Shown piece by piece: positions 43,190-55,320 of a stretch of DNA of 64,000 bases. Position numbers and translations under genes: made by a program. This stretch comes from Tubulanus polymorphus. Its lineage: Eukaryota; Animalia; Nemertea. The stretch lies in assembly GCF_964204645.1 (NCBI RefSeq), contig NC_134029.1:5766001-5830000 (forward strand), in the 5' to 3' direction. Below the pieces are notes generated by a model. That model worked only from the letters and a program-made list of their open reading frames with translations, was not told the origin of the DNA and ran no database searches. Each line of letters opens with the position of its first letter. The stretch's first letter is position 1.

Positions 43190-44380
43190 TTGTTTTAGGC
43201 TGTTGACTAACAGCCACCATCAGGTGGAAGTCGACTGCTGAAACGTTGTGGTTTCGTTTTTATAAATACATCGTATGAAATTCGAATAGTGGGCTTCTTC
43301 GATTATCTACAATGCACACGGATTAGAGTGTTTCATTCGACTACTATTATGATATTAATTTTCATACTGAAGTTTAAAACTATCAAGAGTCAATGAGTCT
43401 AAAATATGCTTACTACAGTTTAGAGAATTCCTGAAGCAAACATATAATTTTCTTTATCTTGAAACTAAAGCTGATAATAGAGAATGATCATTTTCTCTTT
43501 GTGCCTCTACACGTACAAACATACATCCCGTTTATTCCTATTGAATTTAAGAGTTACATTCATTCTCTTCTCAAAGCTGCACTTTTTATTGCCGCCTATT
43601 TTTTAAAAACAATTTTTCATGCATGTACCATATTTTATCTAATTCAATCCAGAAAAGAAGTTTTTAAAAAGAAATTTTTAACTGCGATTTATTAGAATCG
43701 ATACCTATTGTTTGATCAACAGTTGCATTCATAACATCCAAAACCGCACGCACGTGACGGTCTGAAAAGTTTCATATTCATTGTTTATGGTTTCACTGTA
43801 AAAATCATTATTAATTTTGCGTAATATATTCATGTAACACCGTATTATTTCAGGTTCTGTAAATAGAAAGAGCAATATGACTTTTGACGGTTTTAACGGC
43901 CCCATATTGCGTCACTTAAATATGTCACATTGGCCAACTATTATATGGACAATTGGTCTCCCTGAATTTATTAGTTCAATTACAAAGCGCGCACAATTAC
44001 CGACGTATCTACATAATAGATCCATTTTCACCTGATATTTTCGTGTGCTAATGATCCGGCCATGCAGCCGACTGTAGTGGGTGGGGCATCGTGCCGTTAA
44101 TTAACCTGTCCAGCCAATCGCGTTAGCCGAAAAGTAACGGTAAAAGAGAGTACTTTAGCCCTCAGCGAAAGTATTAGCAAATATTGACTTGGTCAAATCT
44201 CGTGTTTGTTGGATTTACAAAATTATAAACAAACATTTTTACTATCGAGAAAAATAGACGTGTAGACTGAACTTTGTGTATGTTTGCTTTGTCACATTTT
44301 TCGGGAAAACTTGGAATTCGTTTGAAATATCTCAGGAAAAACTTAGTGACTTAAATTTTTCTCGATCGAATAAGGATATC

Positions 44381-45367
44381 ATGGATGAATTGGTGAATCA
44401 ACTACCAAACGAATTAGTGGACGACTCGGACTCGCTCAACAAAAACCCATCATGTGTTTTGGGATCGCAAACTTTTACACGGAATCTAGAATCAAACTCT
44501 GCGACAAGTTCTTTCAGCGATATTTCTGCTCTGGAGTCAGGTAACGATGCCGGTGCTGTGGACGACGAATTCGACGATGATGACGACCTTATGGACGAAA
44601 TCACGTCAGTAGGAAAACATAGACAAACGTCTTCGCAGCAAGGCCGACAATTCGCAGACGTGAAGCCGCCATATTCTTACATCGCGTTGATAACCATGGC
44701 TCTGGAGAGCTCGAATATCGGTATGATGACTTTGAACGATATCTACGCTTATATCATGGAACGATTCCCATATTTTCGCGATAACCAACAGAGATGGCAA
44801 AATTCCATACGACATAACCTATCGCTTAATGACTGTTTCGTTAAAGTACCGCGCGCTCCCGGGCGACCGGGCAAAGGTAACTACTGGGCCTTGCACCCGG
44901 CTTGCGGCGATATGTTCGCTAACGGAAGCTTCTTGCGCCGAGCGAAAAGATTCAAATCACAGAAACGTCGCCGCAATTTAGCGCTCGGTGGTTCAGCGAA
45001 TTTTTCGCCGCTAAATCAGACCCCATACGGACAATTTAGTATGTACGGAACAGCTCAGAATCTGAACACTTTTATGAATGGCTACAGCAGCCCGTTTCCA
45101 CAGCTCAGTTACTCTCCGCCGTTCGGAAATTCGAATAGAGATTGGAACAATTCTTCGTTGTCCAGTTGTAGTTTTACCCCGGCAGTTAATCCGGCATTCG
45201 GCTCGGCATATTTCAATTCGGTTTCTCAGATTCCCAGTTTTCCGTCATCAAACTCGGCATGTTCTGGATCGACAACTAGTTCGTACAAAATCCAACAGCA
45301 GACGCCTTACAATATGGGACAACATTATCCGTATCAAAACAATTTACGATTAGCATCAATTCAATAA
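44381..45367 (+). CDS. FoxAB: Forkhead transcription factor, FoxAB class, single exon, ~328 aa
   Basis: Forkhead domain [98 protein letters not shown]; the [13 protein letters not shown] and RRAKRFK segments fit FoxAB. First ATG at 44381 (the track ORF starts at a GTG); AATAAA follows the stop. Confidence 0.9.
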   Translation: MDELVNQLPNELVDDSDSLNKNPSCVLGSQTFTRNLESNSATSSFSDISALESGNDAGAVDDEFDDDDDLMDEITSVGKHRQTSSQQGRQFADVKPPYSYIALITMALESSNIGMMTLNDIYAYIMERFPYFRDNQQRWQNSIRHNLSLNDCFVKVPRAPGRPGKGNYWALHPACGDMFANGSFLRRAKRFKSQKRRRNLALGGSANFSPLNQTPYGQFSMYGTAQNLNTFMNGYSSPFPQLSYSPPFGNSNRDWNNSSLSSCSFTPAVNPAFGSAYFNSVSQIPSFPSSNSACSGSTTSSYKIQQQTPYNMGQHYPYQNNLRLASIQ

Positions 45368-46109
45368 GAACTCACGAGTGTCACACGCTAGAGACTCGTG
45401 CATTTAGCGCGAATTTGGTCTGTAAATAAACATTATATAGAAGCCATTTATGTGTATATAATTACTAATGTTCCGAGCGAATATATATGAAAAAAATAGA
45501 TTTATAGAATAGATTCTGAAATAAATAGATAATGTTATCTCAACGGAAGATTTTGGTTGCAGTCATTCCTTTTTTGATCTTTCTTTCGAAAGTGCGCAAG
45601 AGCTGGAGAACGTATATCGGCTGAGTACCTATAGGCCTACGGCTCGGATCACAGATAGCATATTTGAAGGCGTTTTGAATAACCGTTATTTTCCAGTTAG
45701 AATGCGGCGATGATCGGGTCCAGTCACGGCTTTTGACGATCGAATCTGTGGAATCATCAGAACGCCCTTAGCGGCTGAAGCGACAATTGAATGGAGTAAT
45801 CTACACTCCAACCGTGACTGGTATGTGGAGAAAAAAAGTATTACGATCAAAACGGAAATTAAAAAGCATTTCAAAACATTACAAACGTTATTCATAGTAC
45901 ATCTTTACTATTTTAAATAGTCAAAAATACTATCATGAATACATCCGTATGCACTTTGACAATACGGTATAGAGGCCTACTATGGAGGGATCTATACACA
46001 TTCATCCCTGATAAATTCATCCCTGATAAATTTGCACCAGTTATAAAGTTCCTAAACGTATCCAGGAAGAAAGCCACTAAATATTTGGATGGATATATGA
46101 AAGCTGTGG

Positions 46110-46953
46110 CAGGGGCGGATCCAGACCGTATTAGCCGTATTGCCCAATACGGTCTAGAATTTTTAAGTGCCCTTCGAAATTTCACCGGCAATATTTTTGA
46201 CAGCATTATTTCAGCAACCGCTAATTCCGTGTCCGTAATCCGAGAAATTATAAAATTAATCGGTGATATATACTGCTGCCGAGAAAGTGAGGAGAGATAA
46301 TCATATTTGTAAAGCCTTTAATCATGATAAATTAAAACGGGCACTTTCCTTTTGCAAGGGGCACTCATGCTTTAGATGAGGGCACCTTGTCCTTGCCTTT
46401 TCAGGGAGGGCTAAAGGGGCACTCGTACTTTAGAAGAGGGCACTATACGCGGAAAATGTTGAAGAAAAGGGCACTTTTTTGCCTAATTTTTAAAATTTTA
46501 GGGGCACTTTTGGTTTGGAAGATGGCACACGACATAAGGATAAATGTGAAGAAGAGGCAATTTTTGCCGATTGTAAACAATGAAGGGGCACTTAGCCGTA
46601 TTCTGTATAATTGTTAAGGGGCACTTTTAAAGATTATAGGGGCACTAGGCGAAGTTGGCGACAACCATTCTTTCATGGGTTCGCCAGCTTCATTTTTTAT
46701 CCGCATCTGTTGAAATCTTGTCTCGAATTCGTTTATTCTGGATTGCTCTGCTAGCCTCTAGAAGCCCTCTAAAAGCCTTTAAATGGTACCATATTTTCAA
46801 AATTTTCTGAAAAAAGACCCCCAGACCCCCCTCTAAGGACTTCGCGCCTTCGGCGCTCGCATTGACCTGGATACTGGGTGTGCCCTAAGATCAGAAAGGT
46901 GCCCTTAAATTTCCTTCCAATACTGTCTACCCATCCCCCTGGATCCGCCCCTG
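46110..46953. mobile_element. Non-autonomous DNA transposon (844 bp) with 15-bp TIRs and 5-bp target duplication
   Basis: caggggcggatccag at 46110-46124 and ctggatccgcccctg at 46939-46953; TGTGG on both flanks (46105-46109, 46954-46958); about a dozen internal GGGCAC/GTGCCC motifs. Confidence 0.9.
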
Positions 46954-47800
46954 TGTGGGTACTGGAGTGTGTAATGGGTAGTGTAGTGTGATCTGTGTGC
47001 ATTTGTGGCCAGCACACAGATCACATTGTTCATTGGGGTTTAGTCCAGGACTCGCTAGATTTTCAACAACACGGAAGTAACGTGTAATAAATGATGACTT
47101 GAAATGCATGACTACCTACCTCCCCTCATTATTGTTGGAAAAGTAAACGTTCCGCACTGACTAAAAATTAGTAATAATAATTAATAACATTTTAGAAATG
47201 GCCAGAATTTTAACTTAGGTTCTATCTCATTTTTATTTTACAATTGCGATTGGTATAATTTTTTTTTAAACGGCCGTTAAGGCTTCATGTTTCGTCTGCA
47301 ATTCACTGCAAATAATTACGCAACTACGCACATTTCAGTGTTTTTGGCAGCTGTACACTCAATCGGCACCGTTCGCGACTAGCTCTACTGCGGAATTATC
47401 ATTAATTAACATCGCCATATCACATCATCAACTTATATTGTGCCTTAAAACCCTAGCAGTCGAAATAATTGAAATGCACACACGATTTCTATCATTGAAA
47501 ATTGAGAGAGTGGCCGTGTTTGTGTTCTGCTGCTTCGCATAAATCCCGCGCGGTGGCGCCACCGCGCGGAGTGGGGCCGATACGTCTAGGTTTGATCAAC
47601 GGGTAAAGATAAGCCACAATCCAGAATTGAATGGCCACCAAACCGTCTATAAATACCGGTATAGTTTTCATTCCAGTTGGTGGCGCCATCTCAGATCTAA
47701 AAACGACTCGTACGGGCTTCCGTAAGTTAGCGTGTTATTTTGTTACAACCGAAGCCAAGAAATTTGTTAATTTTAAATACAATTCAATAAAATAGCAGAA

Positions 47801-49640
47801 ATGGAATCTGAAGATACCGAGGATGGTAAAATCGATGATTGCACAGCCAAAGAAATGCTCAAAATACAACTTCAGGAATTAGAAATGTTGGAGAGCATGT
47901 TTCCTGACGAATTTACCATGGAGGATCCCGCTGCTAAAATCTATGTCAACAATTTCGTCATTGGAAATATCCCATACGATTCAATAAAGGACGTCAGACT
48001 CGCTCTAACTATGAAAATCGAAGAATGTGGGGAAATAAAGGTAGACTGCTGGACGTATATCTCTGTTTCAAAGTATGAATTGATAAAAAAAGTTTTGCCA
48101 AGAGGGAATCTATTAATTGAGAATGATGATAGAATTCTCGAATTTTCTTTAGGCCGGCATCCGGGTTCGTTCATAACTTCTCAATTTGTGAGTTGAAAAG
48201 TATGGCACGTGCATCTTATTTTGGAAAATTGAGGCGGCCTCTGATCCCTGGGAATGTTGATATTTTTAATAAAGTAAACATTGTAACTTTTTTTTCATTT
48301 CCCAAAAGATGGAGTTGATATTTCACTTCTTCCAAAAACTTATCTTAGTTTTACTCAAAGACACTCTTACCTTTTCATGCATCTACTTGAAATCTGATAT
48401 CTGAAACCACCAAACTATATTCATCAATTATCTTGTCATCCTAGTCTTATGTAATTTATCTATGCACAACTGTTAATCTGATATCATGATGAAATCACGA
48501 AATCAAAGAATGTACAGAGATAAGATAAGAAGGACCTAGACTGTCAGGTTTAATAGCGCTCCTCGAAAGTCCTTTAAAGTCCTGAAATGGAAATGGGTTA
48601 ATTCAAACCTTGAATATCATGGAATATGCTCTAAAATCATAGTCCTTGAATGGCATAGCCTTACCACGAGATTACAATTTTAAGCTTTATCATCTATGCC
48701 GTAAGGTCATCACGGTTATTGCTAGGTCTAGATCACTAGTCTAATGGATGGACCCAATGTAAATTGGAAATATTATGACCATTAAAAAGCCCTGAAATCG
48801 GGATTTAAAAAAGTGTTTGAATCAGAGGCAAAAAGTAATTGAAGGTCCATATATTGAAATTGGTCATGGGGACTATGAACCCTGGACTATCAACTCAATT
48901 TCGAAATATCATAGCGTTAAAGGTTTTAGTTTTGATTTTCATTTCGATGATGTTCTATTCTATTTCAGGGTATCGAATTGGTTTGCCAGTTTCCGCACGA
49001 TTACCCCGCCGTGAAACCGGAATTATTCGTGCGGTCGCCGTTTTCACGAAGCGCTCACATGAACTTCAACGACGACGTTCACGAGCATTTACTCGGGTTC
49101 GAATCGGGCGAAATATGCGTGTATCCTTTGGTCGAGTGGATCCGCGAAAACTGCGAGAAATACAACGCGGACGCAACTGTTTCGCGGCAGACTAGATCCG
49201 ATAACCAAGGGGAAGAAGATTCTACGTTCATCAGGATATGGATTTATAGTCACCATATTTACAGCAAGTTCAAACGAAAAGATATACTCGACTGGGCTAA
49301 AGAGTTAAAATTAACGGGTTTCAGTATGCCAGGGAAACCGGGCGTTATCTGTATAGAGGGTTACAGTCGTAACGTGGATGAGTTTTGGCATAGAATCCGT
49401 CGTTTGAATTGGAAACGGCTAGTAATGCGCGACAGACAAGAAGTTGAACTCGACGATCGATTGTGTATAAACGACGTTCAGAAATTTACGAAATTTGAAG
49501 AAATGGTTTTCGATGCTAGAGCGGGGAAGGGCAGGGAATATCATATGGATTTAGGGCTTTTTTATAAGTTTCTTAAAGAACACGATTGTTCAGAAATATT
49601 TAGTCTTTATTTCGGAGTCGATGGTACATCGGCGGAATAG
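47801..49640 (+). CDS. RWDD2: RWD domain-containing protein 2 (RWDD2A/B-like; RWD + DUF1115), 2 exons, ~303 aa
   Basis: Exons 47801-48040 and 48969-49640. QLQELEMLESMFP and FPHDYPAVKPE (RWD); RIWIYSHHIYSKFKRKDILDWAKELKLTGFSMPGKPGVICIEG and REYHMDLG (RWDD2 C-terminal domain). Confidence 0.93.
48545..48884 (+). mobile_element. Internally deleted hAT-like DNA transposon in the RWDD2 intron
   Basis: Termini caggtttaatag / ctatgaaccctg; flanks gactgt / gactat (6-bp duplication with one mismatch); 48744-48779 translates MDGPNVNWKYYD, resembling the (S)MDGPNVN segment of invertebrate hAT-type transposases. Confidence 0.65.
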
Positions 49641-51657
49641 TACTTAAAAGAGCAGGTCTCGCGGGGTGTTTTTTTCTAACAAATTAATTATTCGTGTTCG
49701 CCAGTATTTTGACGGATATGCATGTGTGTACATCGTATTTGAAATGAAGTTGTTTTTGTGATATTTCTAGTCATTAAGTAAAATGGTTGCGGAAATAAAT
49801 ATTCTAACCGTACTTTTCACGTTCTTATCGTCAATTTCTTCTCGTTATTCCATGTCTTGTGACAAAATGCTCGCGCTGGCTTCGACCCGAGCAAATCGGG
49901 TGTAGTAACGAAACATTGATTGTTGAACATGAAAACTGATTCGAATGAATTGTCAAAATACCGGGACATGGGTGCAAAAATCGGTGGTAGACGAGGAACA
50001 GAATTCCTACAATTACAACTCGCCTCTAAATAGGGGTCGATTGACTCACTTGATCTGAAAATATCAATATACGCACGAAGGACTTCAAAACTAGCTTAGG
50101 TAGGTCATGTCTGACTAGGGATACTAGAACGAGCCATTTATATAAGTACTCGCAAGATGCGACGCGTCGTAATACAGTCGCTTGTCGGTGAGACCCGCGG
50201 CGATAGTATTCAACTCCCGCGCGCGCAGCATTTATACGCATAAACGGAACTCTACCTGTCTCCAGCCACAACTCATTACGAACATGTATCATTGGTTCCG
50301 TGATTAAAGTTGTTGTGCTGCCGCTCTTGTTTGTGCAGAGAAAAAATATGTATAAGTGATTGTCGTCTACGCAAGCAACAGCGAGTGACGCTGTTTATCA
50401 CACGATAATGATGAGAAACATCGTGCAAGTTTGAAAATTACGATAGGATTGGAAAAGTGCGGCAGTTGATTAAAAGGTACGTGAGCTTCGCAATGGAATT
50501 TTGATTCACTGTTAATTTTTTTTCATTTGAAATTGTCAGACATTAATTCAAAGTTTATTTAACCACTTTCCTTTCCGCCAAAAAAGTTGAAAGAATATAT
50601 ATATTTCCTTTCGACGCACGTATTATGGAAAAAAGTGTATTAAAATCACTTGCACTTTGGAACCAGAAAAAATAAGCGAAGATCCACCAAATATCGCGAA
50701 ATTTAGTGTTTCAGATCATTAGATAAAAAGTGAATTTAATGCGGGTGTTGGCATTTGAATGGGTGTGAACTACCACACCTTAGTATATTTTCGTTTTGTA
50801 AACCCTAAGAACTCTGTAACCAGTATACCACACAGTCTCCCCTGGGCTTGAAACTTGTTCGTCTGATTTAGGGATCGATTGTATATGATAAACGTTTATA
50901 AGTATCTATATTGATTACCACGAATTATACACGTGATTTGATATAGATTACCTGTTTAGCTGTTTTGGATCTATTATAAACTTCACATTTTACCATTTAC
51001 CTTCGTTGATTAAAAATATATCGTAGCGGCGTGTCTCAAACTCAATCGAACATCCACGCGATTTATACGCGTATATATGTTCGGTTTGTGTGGCTTGTCA
51101 ACATTGTTCGGCCCTGTTTTTAATGACTTTTTGCGATATTCTAACCACATTTCTTATCGAACCTTTATCTATTGTAATATTCAAGATTATGTATTACATA
51201 TAAATGTATTTGCTGAAAATTTGACCCACTGAAGTGATAGAGTCTTTCATTGATTGATGCGCGCGATGCGACGCTGTGTTCACCATGACAGCCGACTCGC
51301 GACTGAGTTCGGACGACTCGCGCGACACGCTACTTATAGTGATCTAAAAATAGCTCGCGATATCGATTTAGACGTATGGAGCGCATCATATGGTAACCAT
51401 TGGAAACCATCAAAAGAACTCGTAAATCCCTTCGAGGGAAATACAATCCTTTGTGCGATATTGTTTCCTGTGTCACGTACAATAAGTATATCATTGCTCC
51501 CATTGTTTTTCAATTACCTCGTCTTTAATCGCGCAAAAACGACGCAGGAAAATTGAAAATAAAACCGTCGTTCGAACAAAGATACCGCATCGGTGCTCCC
51601 AATCGATGCAACAATTCGCCCATTGTGGTTCTCTTCAATAAGGTCAGATGTCATTGG

Positions 51658-51936
51658 CATGGGCGGATCTTCTTTTGACAATTTTGAATACGGGGCCCAA
51701 GATTCCGAGGCCTTCACGGGCACATGAACGCGAGCGCCGTCGAAGCAGCTTGGAGCCCCAAGGAAATCTTGAAAAAATTGATGATTTTGAGCGTCTAGTG
51801 TGATTTTTGAACAAAACCACCGGCAATAATTTGCCACTGTACGTGTAACCTTTTTAATTAAGCCAGGATGTGAAAATATTGTCTGGGCAAAAATAGGGGA
51901 GCCGGTCCCCTTAGGCCTCCCTTGGATCCGCCCCTG
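51658..51936. mobile_element. Non-autonomous DNA transposon, CAGGGGCGGATCC-terminus family
   Basis: Starts catgggcggatct, ends ggatccgcccctg, TTGG on both flanks; GC-rich relative to its surroundings. Confidence 0.7.
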
Positions 51937-52011
51937 TTGGTTTAAATTTCAAAGCGCCAATACGTTTCCTCAATAAAAAAACGTGCTCTCTCAACAGGAC
52001 AAGTGACCGTT

Positions 52012-55000
52012 ATGTCCGAGATATCAGTAATCTACGGACCACGGCACATGGATGGAAATATCGAGCAACCCGGTTTGCCACCGCCTCCATACGAAGCGGC
52101 TGTACACCAATCTGATTCACTATGCTACATGGATTTCTGGCCGAAAAGTCTCGATCATCACGATAACATCCGAAATACTAGATTCGAACCGTTTGAGTAA
52201 GTCGGCTGGATTAATGTAGTATAGAGATAACAAATTGAAATTGACATCCTTTGCAAAATAAATACAAGGAAAACGGCGAAATCTTTTTTTTTCAATAGTT
52301 CGTTAATGGACAAGGCAAATGCCTGGCTAGCCGGTACGCCGAATGCTTGCGTTAAGAGCTGTGAAACTATCGAAAAAAAGGTCGACAATTTTGATGATAT
52401 ATATTGCGGCAAAATGAACTACTCGGGTTCCAGCTCGAGAGCGATTTTCATCCAAGGCCTCAGGTAAGTTCCGTTTCCAAGGTGAATGAAGGTTTTTCTG
52501 AGAATTAATTATAATTTGAAAGAATCATATTAGCACCTAAGCGTCGTATATGGTACGTAGACATTATCGCATATGATATGCACTCAGGATCTGTTATCAT
52601 TTCCGGAAAATGCAGGATATGGTTTGCTTTGGAAAACAGAGGCGCTCAAACAACTCAACCAATGGCAAAACGATTGGGTTACATGAACGTCGTCCCTAAA
52701 CGTCTAAGCCACGATGACCATTACGCCGAATTTGAAAGTTTCAATAGCCTCATGTCATCGTTAAATTCCCGTTTGGAACAGAATCCTTTGGAGGGTAAGT
52801 ATGTGGCGATAATCATTTCCATTCGCGTAGCTTCAAAATACTGTGGGATGTTGGTAAAGATGTACTGAGCTATAGGCGATGATAGAACAGCCGAACGGAA
52901 AAATTAACCGCGGAAAATTAAATCAAAAATTAACTACCATATTCAGTTAAATTAAGTGCATAGATCTTTTAACATGTCACTTTTGAGAATATCGGAATGA
53001 TTCCTGAATTAGTTGAGGAAAATTAGTTCGCTGGGAAGTCGTCAAACGGGAACGGCGTGCTCATCTGCTAAAATAAGTCAGTTTAATGTGGAAGTTTATG
53101 CGGCCAGCTAAACGAATCAAAATGGCATTGGTCGCTGCCATGTAATATTATACGTAGCTACCAATTTCGGTGTCAAAATACATAGAATGGATGTACCAGT
53201 TTGTTATCCACATCGGTATTCGAATTACCAATACCCAACTCATCGGCGTGTGCAATGGTAACCCCTGATGGCGGGAACAAAACGTGGTCCAGTTCAGGGC
53301 GTATATTGGGCTTGCTAGGTGGGGTTTGACAACGATTCAGTATAACTTTTCACTTACATCCAAAAATAAACATGCTGCAAATATTTGTTTTAAGAATATG
53401 AAATACAAATATATCACCACGCCCTTAGATCAATCAAATTTCAAGGGATATGCTTCCCAAAAACATTGAACATTTTCGCCAGCAAGATTCTAAATGATTC
53501 AATGATCTAGTAATGTCCAGCATTTGGGTTTTTTGCAGGTCGAATTATTGCAGTTAACACGGTAATAATAAAGGTGACGAAAGAATCAGTCATATGGGAA
53601 GACATAGACATTGATGCTACTAACTGGAAAGCCAAGTACAAAAGCCACGCCTTTTTCTTCCTTCGAATATTCTATGAAATAGGAACGGCAGCCAATGAGT
53701 TAATAGGTAAAAGGAATCGTTAATTGATAAACGTACGTTAAAATAGACGATACTCAATCATTTAAAGTGATCCAATTGATAACCGGGAAAATTTTGAAAA
53801 CACCTTTTATTCTCAACCGGTCAAGTTCGATTACTTTTACGCAAGACGTTGCTTTCGAAAAAAAACTTCGGGTCTAATTTTGAGATATCAAATCAGCTTT
53901 AAAAACGCAGGGATTTCCTTTTTTCAGGATTTGTGGATTTTATACCGGATGTTATGATCGAAGAGCGATCATTGCGAAGTCCCATACCGATATACACGCC
54001 ATTTCAACAAGCTAGCGAGTGGATACGTCAAAATGGCCAGGTAGAATAATGACAATTCAATTCAATTCAATTCAAACATACGTAGAATATTTGACTTCGC
54101 TGAAAACCTTGCTGCCGTTCCGTTGTAACTCGTAGCGTTTCTTTTTGTTTTTGTTTTAGGAGATTCGAGTCACCAACATGCAGACTTTGCCTTATCTCAG
54201 GGGCAGAGGTAAGTGTTAGGACATAAGAATCCCAGCATTACAGCTCATATGAATCCATACTTAAATCTAAGCTGGCCAACTGAAATTTTGAAATGACTTC
54301 GATTCCACGGTCAATTTCATACTGACGATATTGATTATGATATTCTCCATGGTTTCAGATAATTCCCGTGTTAGCACGCGCGCTTCGCTCGTGTACACGA
54401 TGGCTGGTGCCGAAATGTCCGACACGTATTTTCTGCGAGTAGCCTACGTGCGGCCGATCCATGACATCCTGATGAACGCTGTCGTTCCTTACGTAACGTT
54501 TAAAACTTTTGTACCGTCCTATATAAGATTTGATTTTTCAACTGGTGCTGTTTTCGAAACGATGGACGAGGTGATGTACAGAGCTAGAGTTTGGATAAAC
54601 GCGACAGGTGATTAGAGGCAATAACTGTCGTATTCAGCTTCTGTGCCATTATTTCAGTGAATTGCACACATTCTTCCTCGTGTTGCAGGGGCAAAGATTT
54701 TGTTCGCCGAAACTGCTGGACCGGTAGAAGAAAAAGTCGCTTACGAAAAAACGACCGATTCCAGGCTAAGTCCGCATCGATCTCCGACTTGTAGCGGCGG
54801 AAGCGACAGAAAATCTATATACTACGTTTTGTAAGTTTTAAATTGTACGCGGAAGACCGACCTGGTGCCGGATCCTCGCCTGCCATACGTGGAATCCTCG
54901 ATTGCCACAGTAGCGGTGCGGCTACCCCGTTATCGATATCTTCAAATCCAAAATTAATATTGATCCTAATATTATATGAATTGTACATATCATCATATCA

Positions 55001-55320
55001 TACATCGTCATTTATTGTCGGCGATATAACGCAATAAATGTGTTATTTTTCAAGGCGTCAATAAACGTTCAAGTTAAGACGGCACATTGACACATTAAAG
55101 TCTATCTATTTCTACTTGGGACTATTTATTTCTACTTGGAGGTACTTCTAATCTCAAGCATGTTTTAATGTAGTAGTTCTCAATGCATGTTTATTTCAGG
55201 TTGTACCTTGATGGCTACTACCCGGAACCGCCACCACACGTGTTACCACCATTACCCAGCAACGTCCCGGAACCAAACGAAATGGTCGAGGAAGAGGACG
55301 ACTGTTGCATCATCATGTGA
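52012..55320 (+). CDS. Uncharacterised ~456-aa protein: N-terminal PPxY, four tandem ~110-aa alpha/beta repeats, C-terminal CaaX (CCIIM)
   Basis: Exons 52012-52196, 52299-52463, 52616-52794, 53539-53706, 53928-54040, 54160-54208, 54359-54607, 54689-54830, 55200-55320, all GT-AG and in phase (1371 nt). Probable non-coding first exon ending at 50476. Confidence 0.85.

Noticed and set aside
44276-44380. 35-aa N-terminal extension of the forkhead ORF
   Set aside because: Starts at GTG; the first ATG is at 44381, so this is most likely 5' UTR.
45913-47109. Several 60-121-aa ORFs downstream of FoxAB
   Set aside because: They run across or within the non-autonomous transposon and show no transposase or other motifs.
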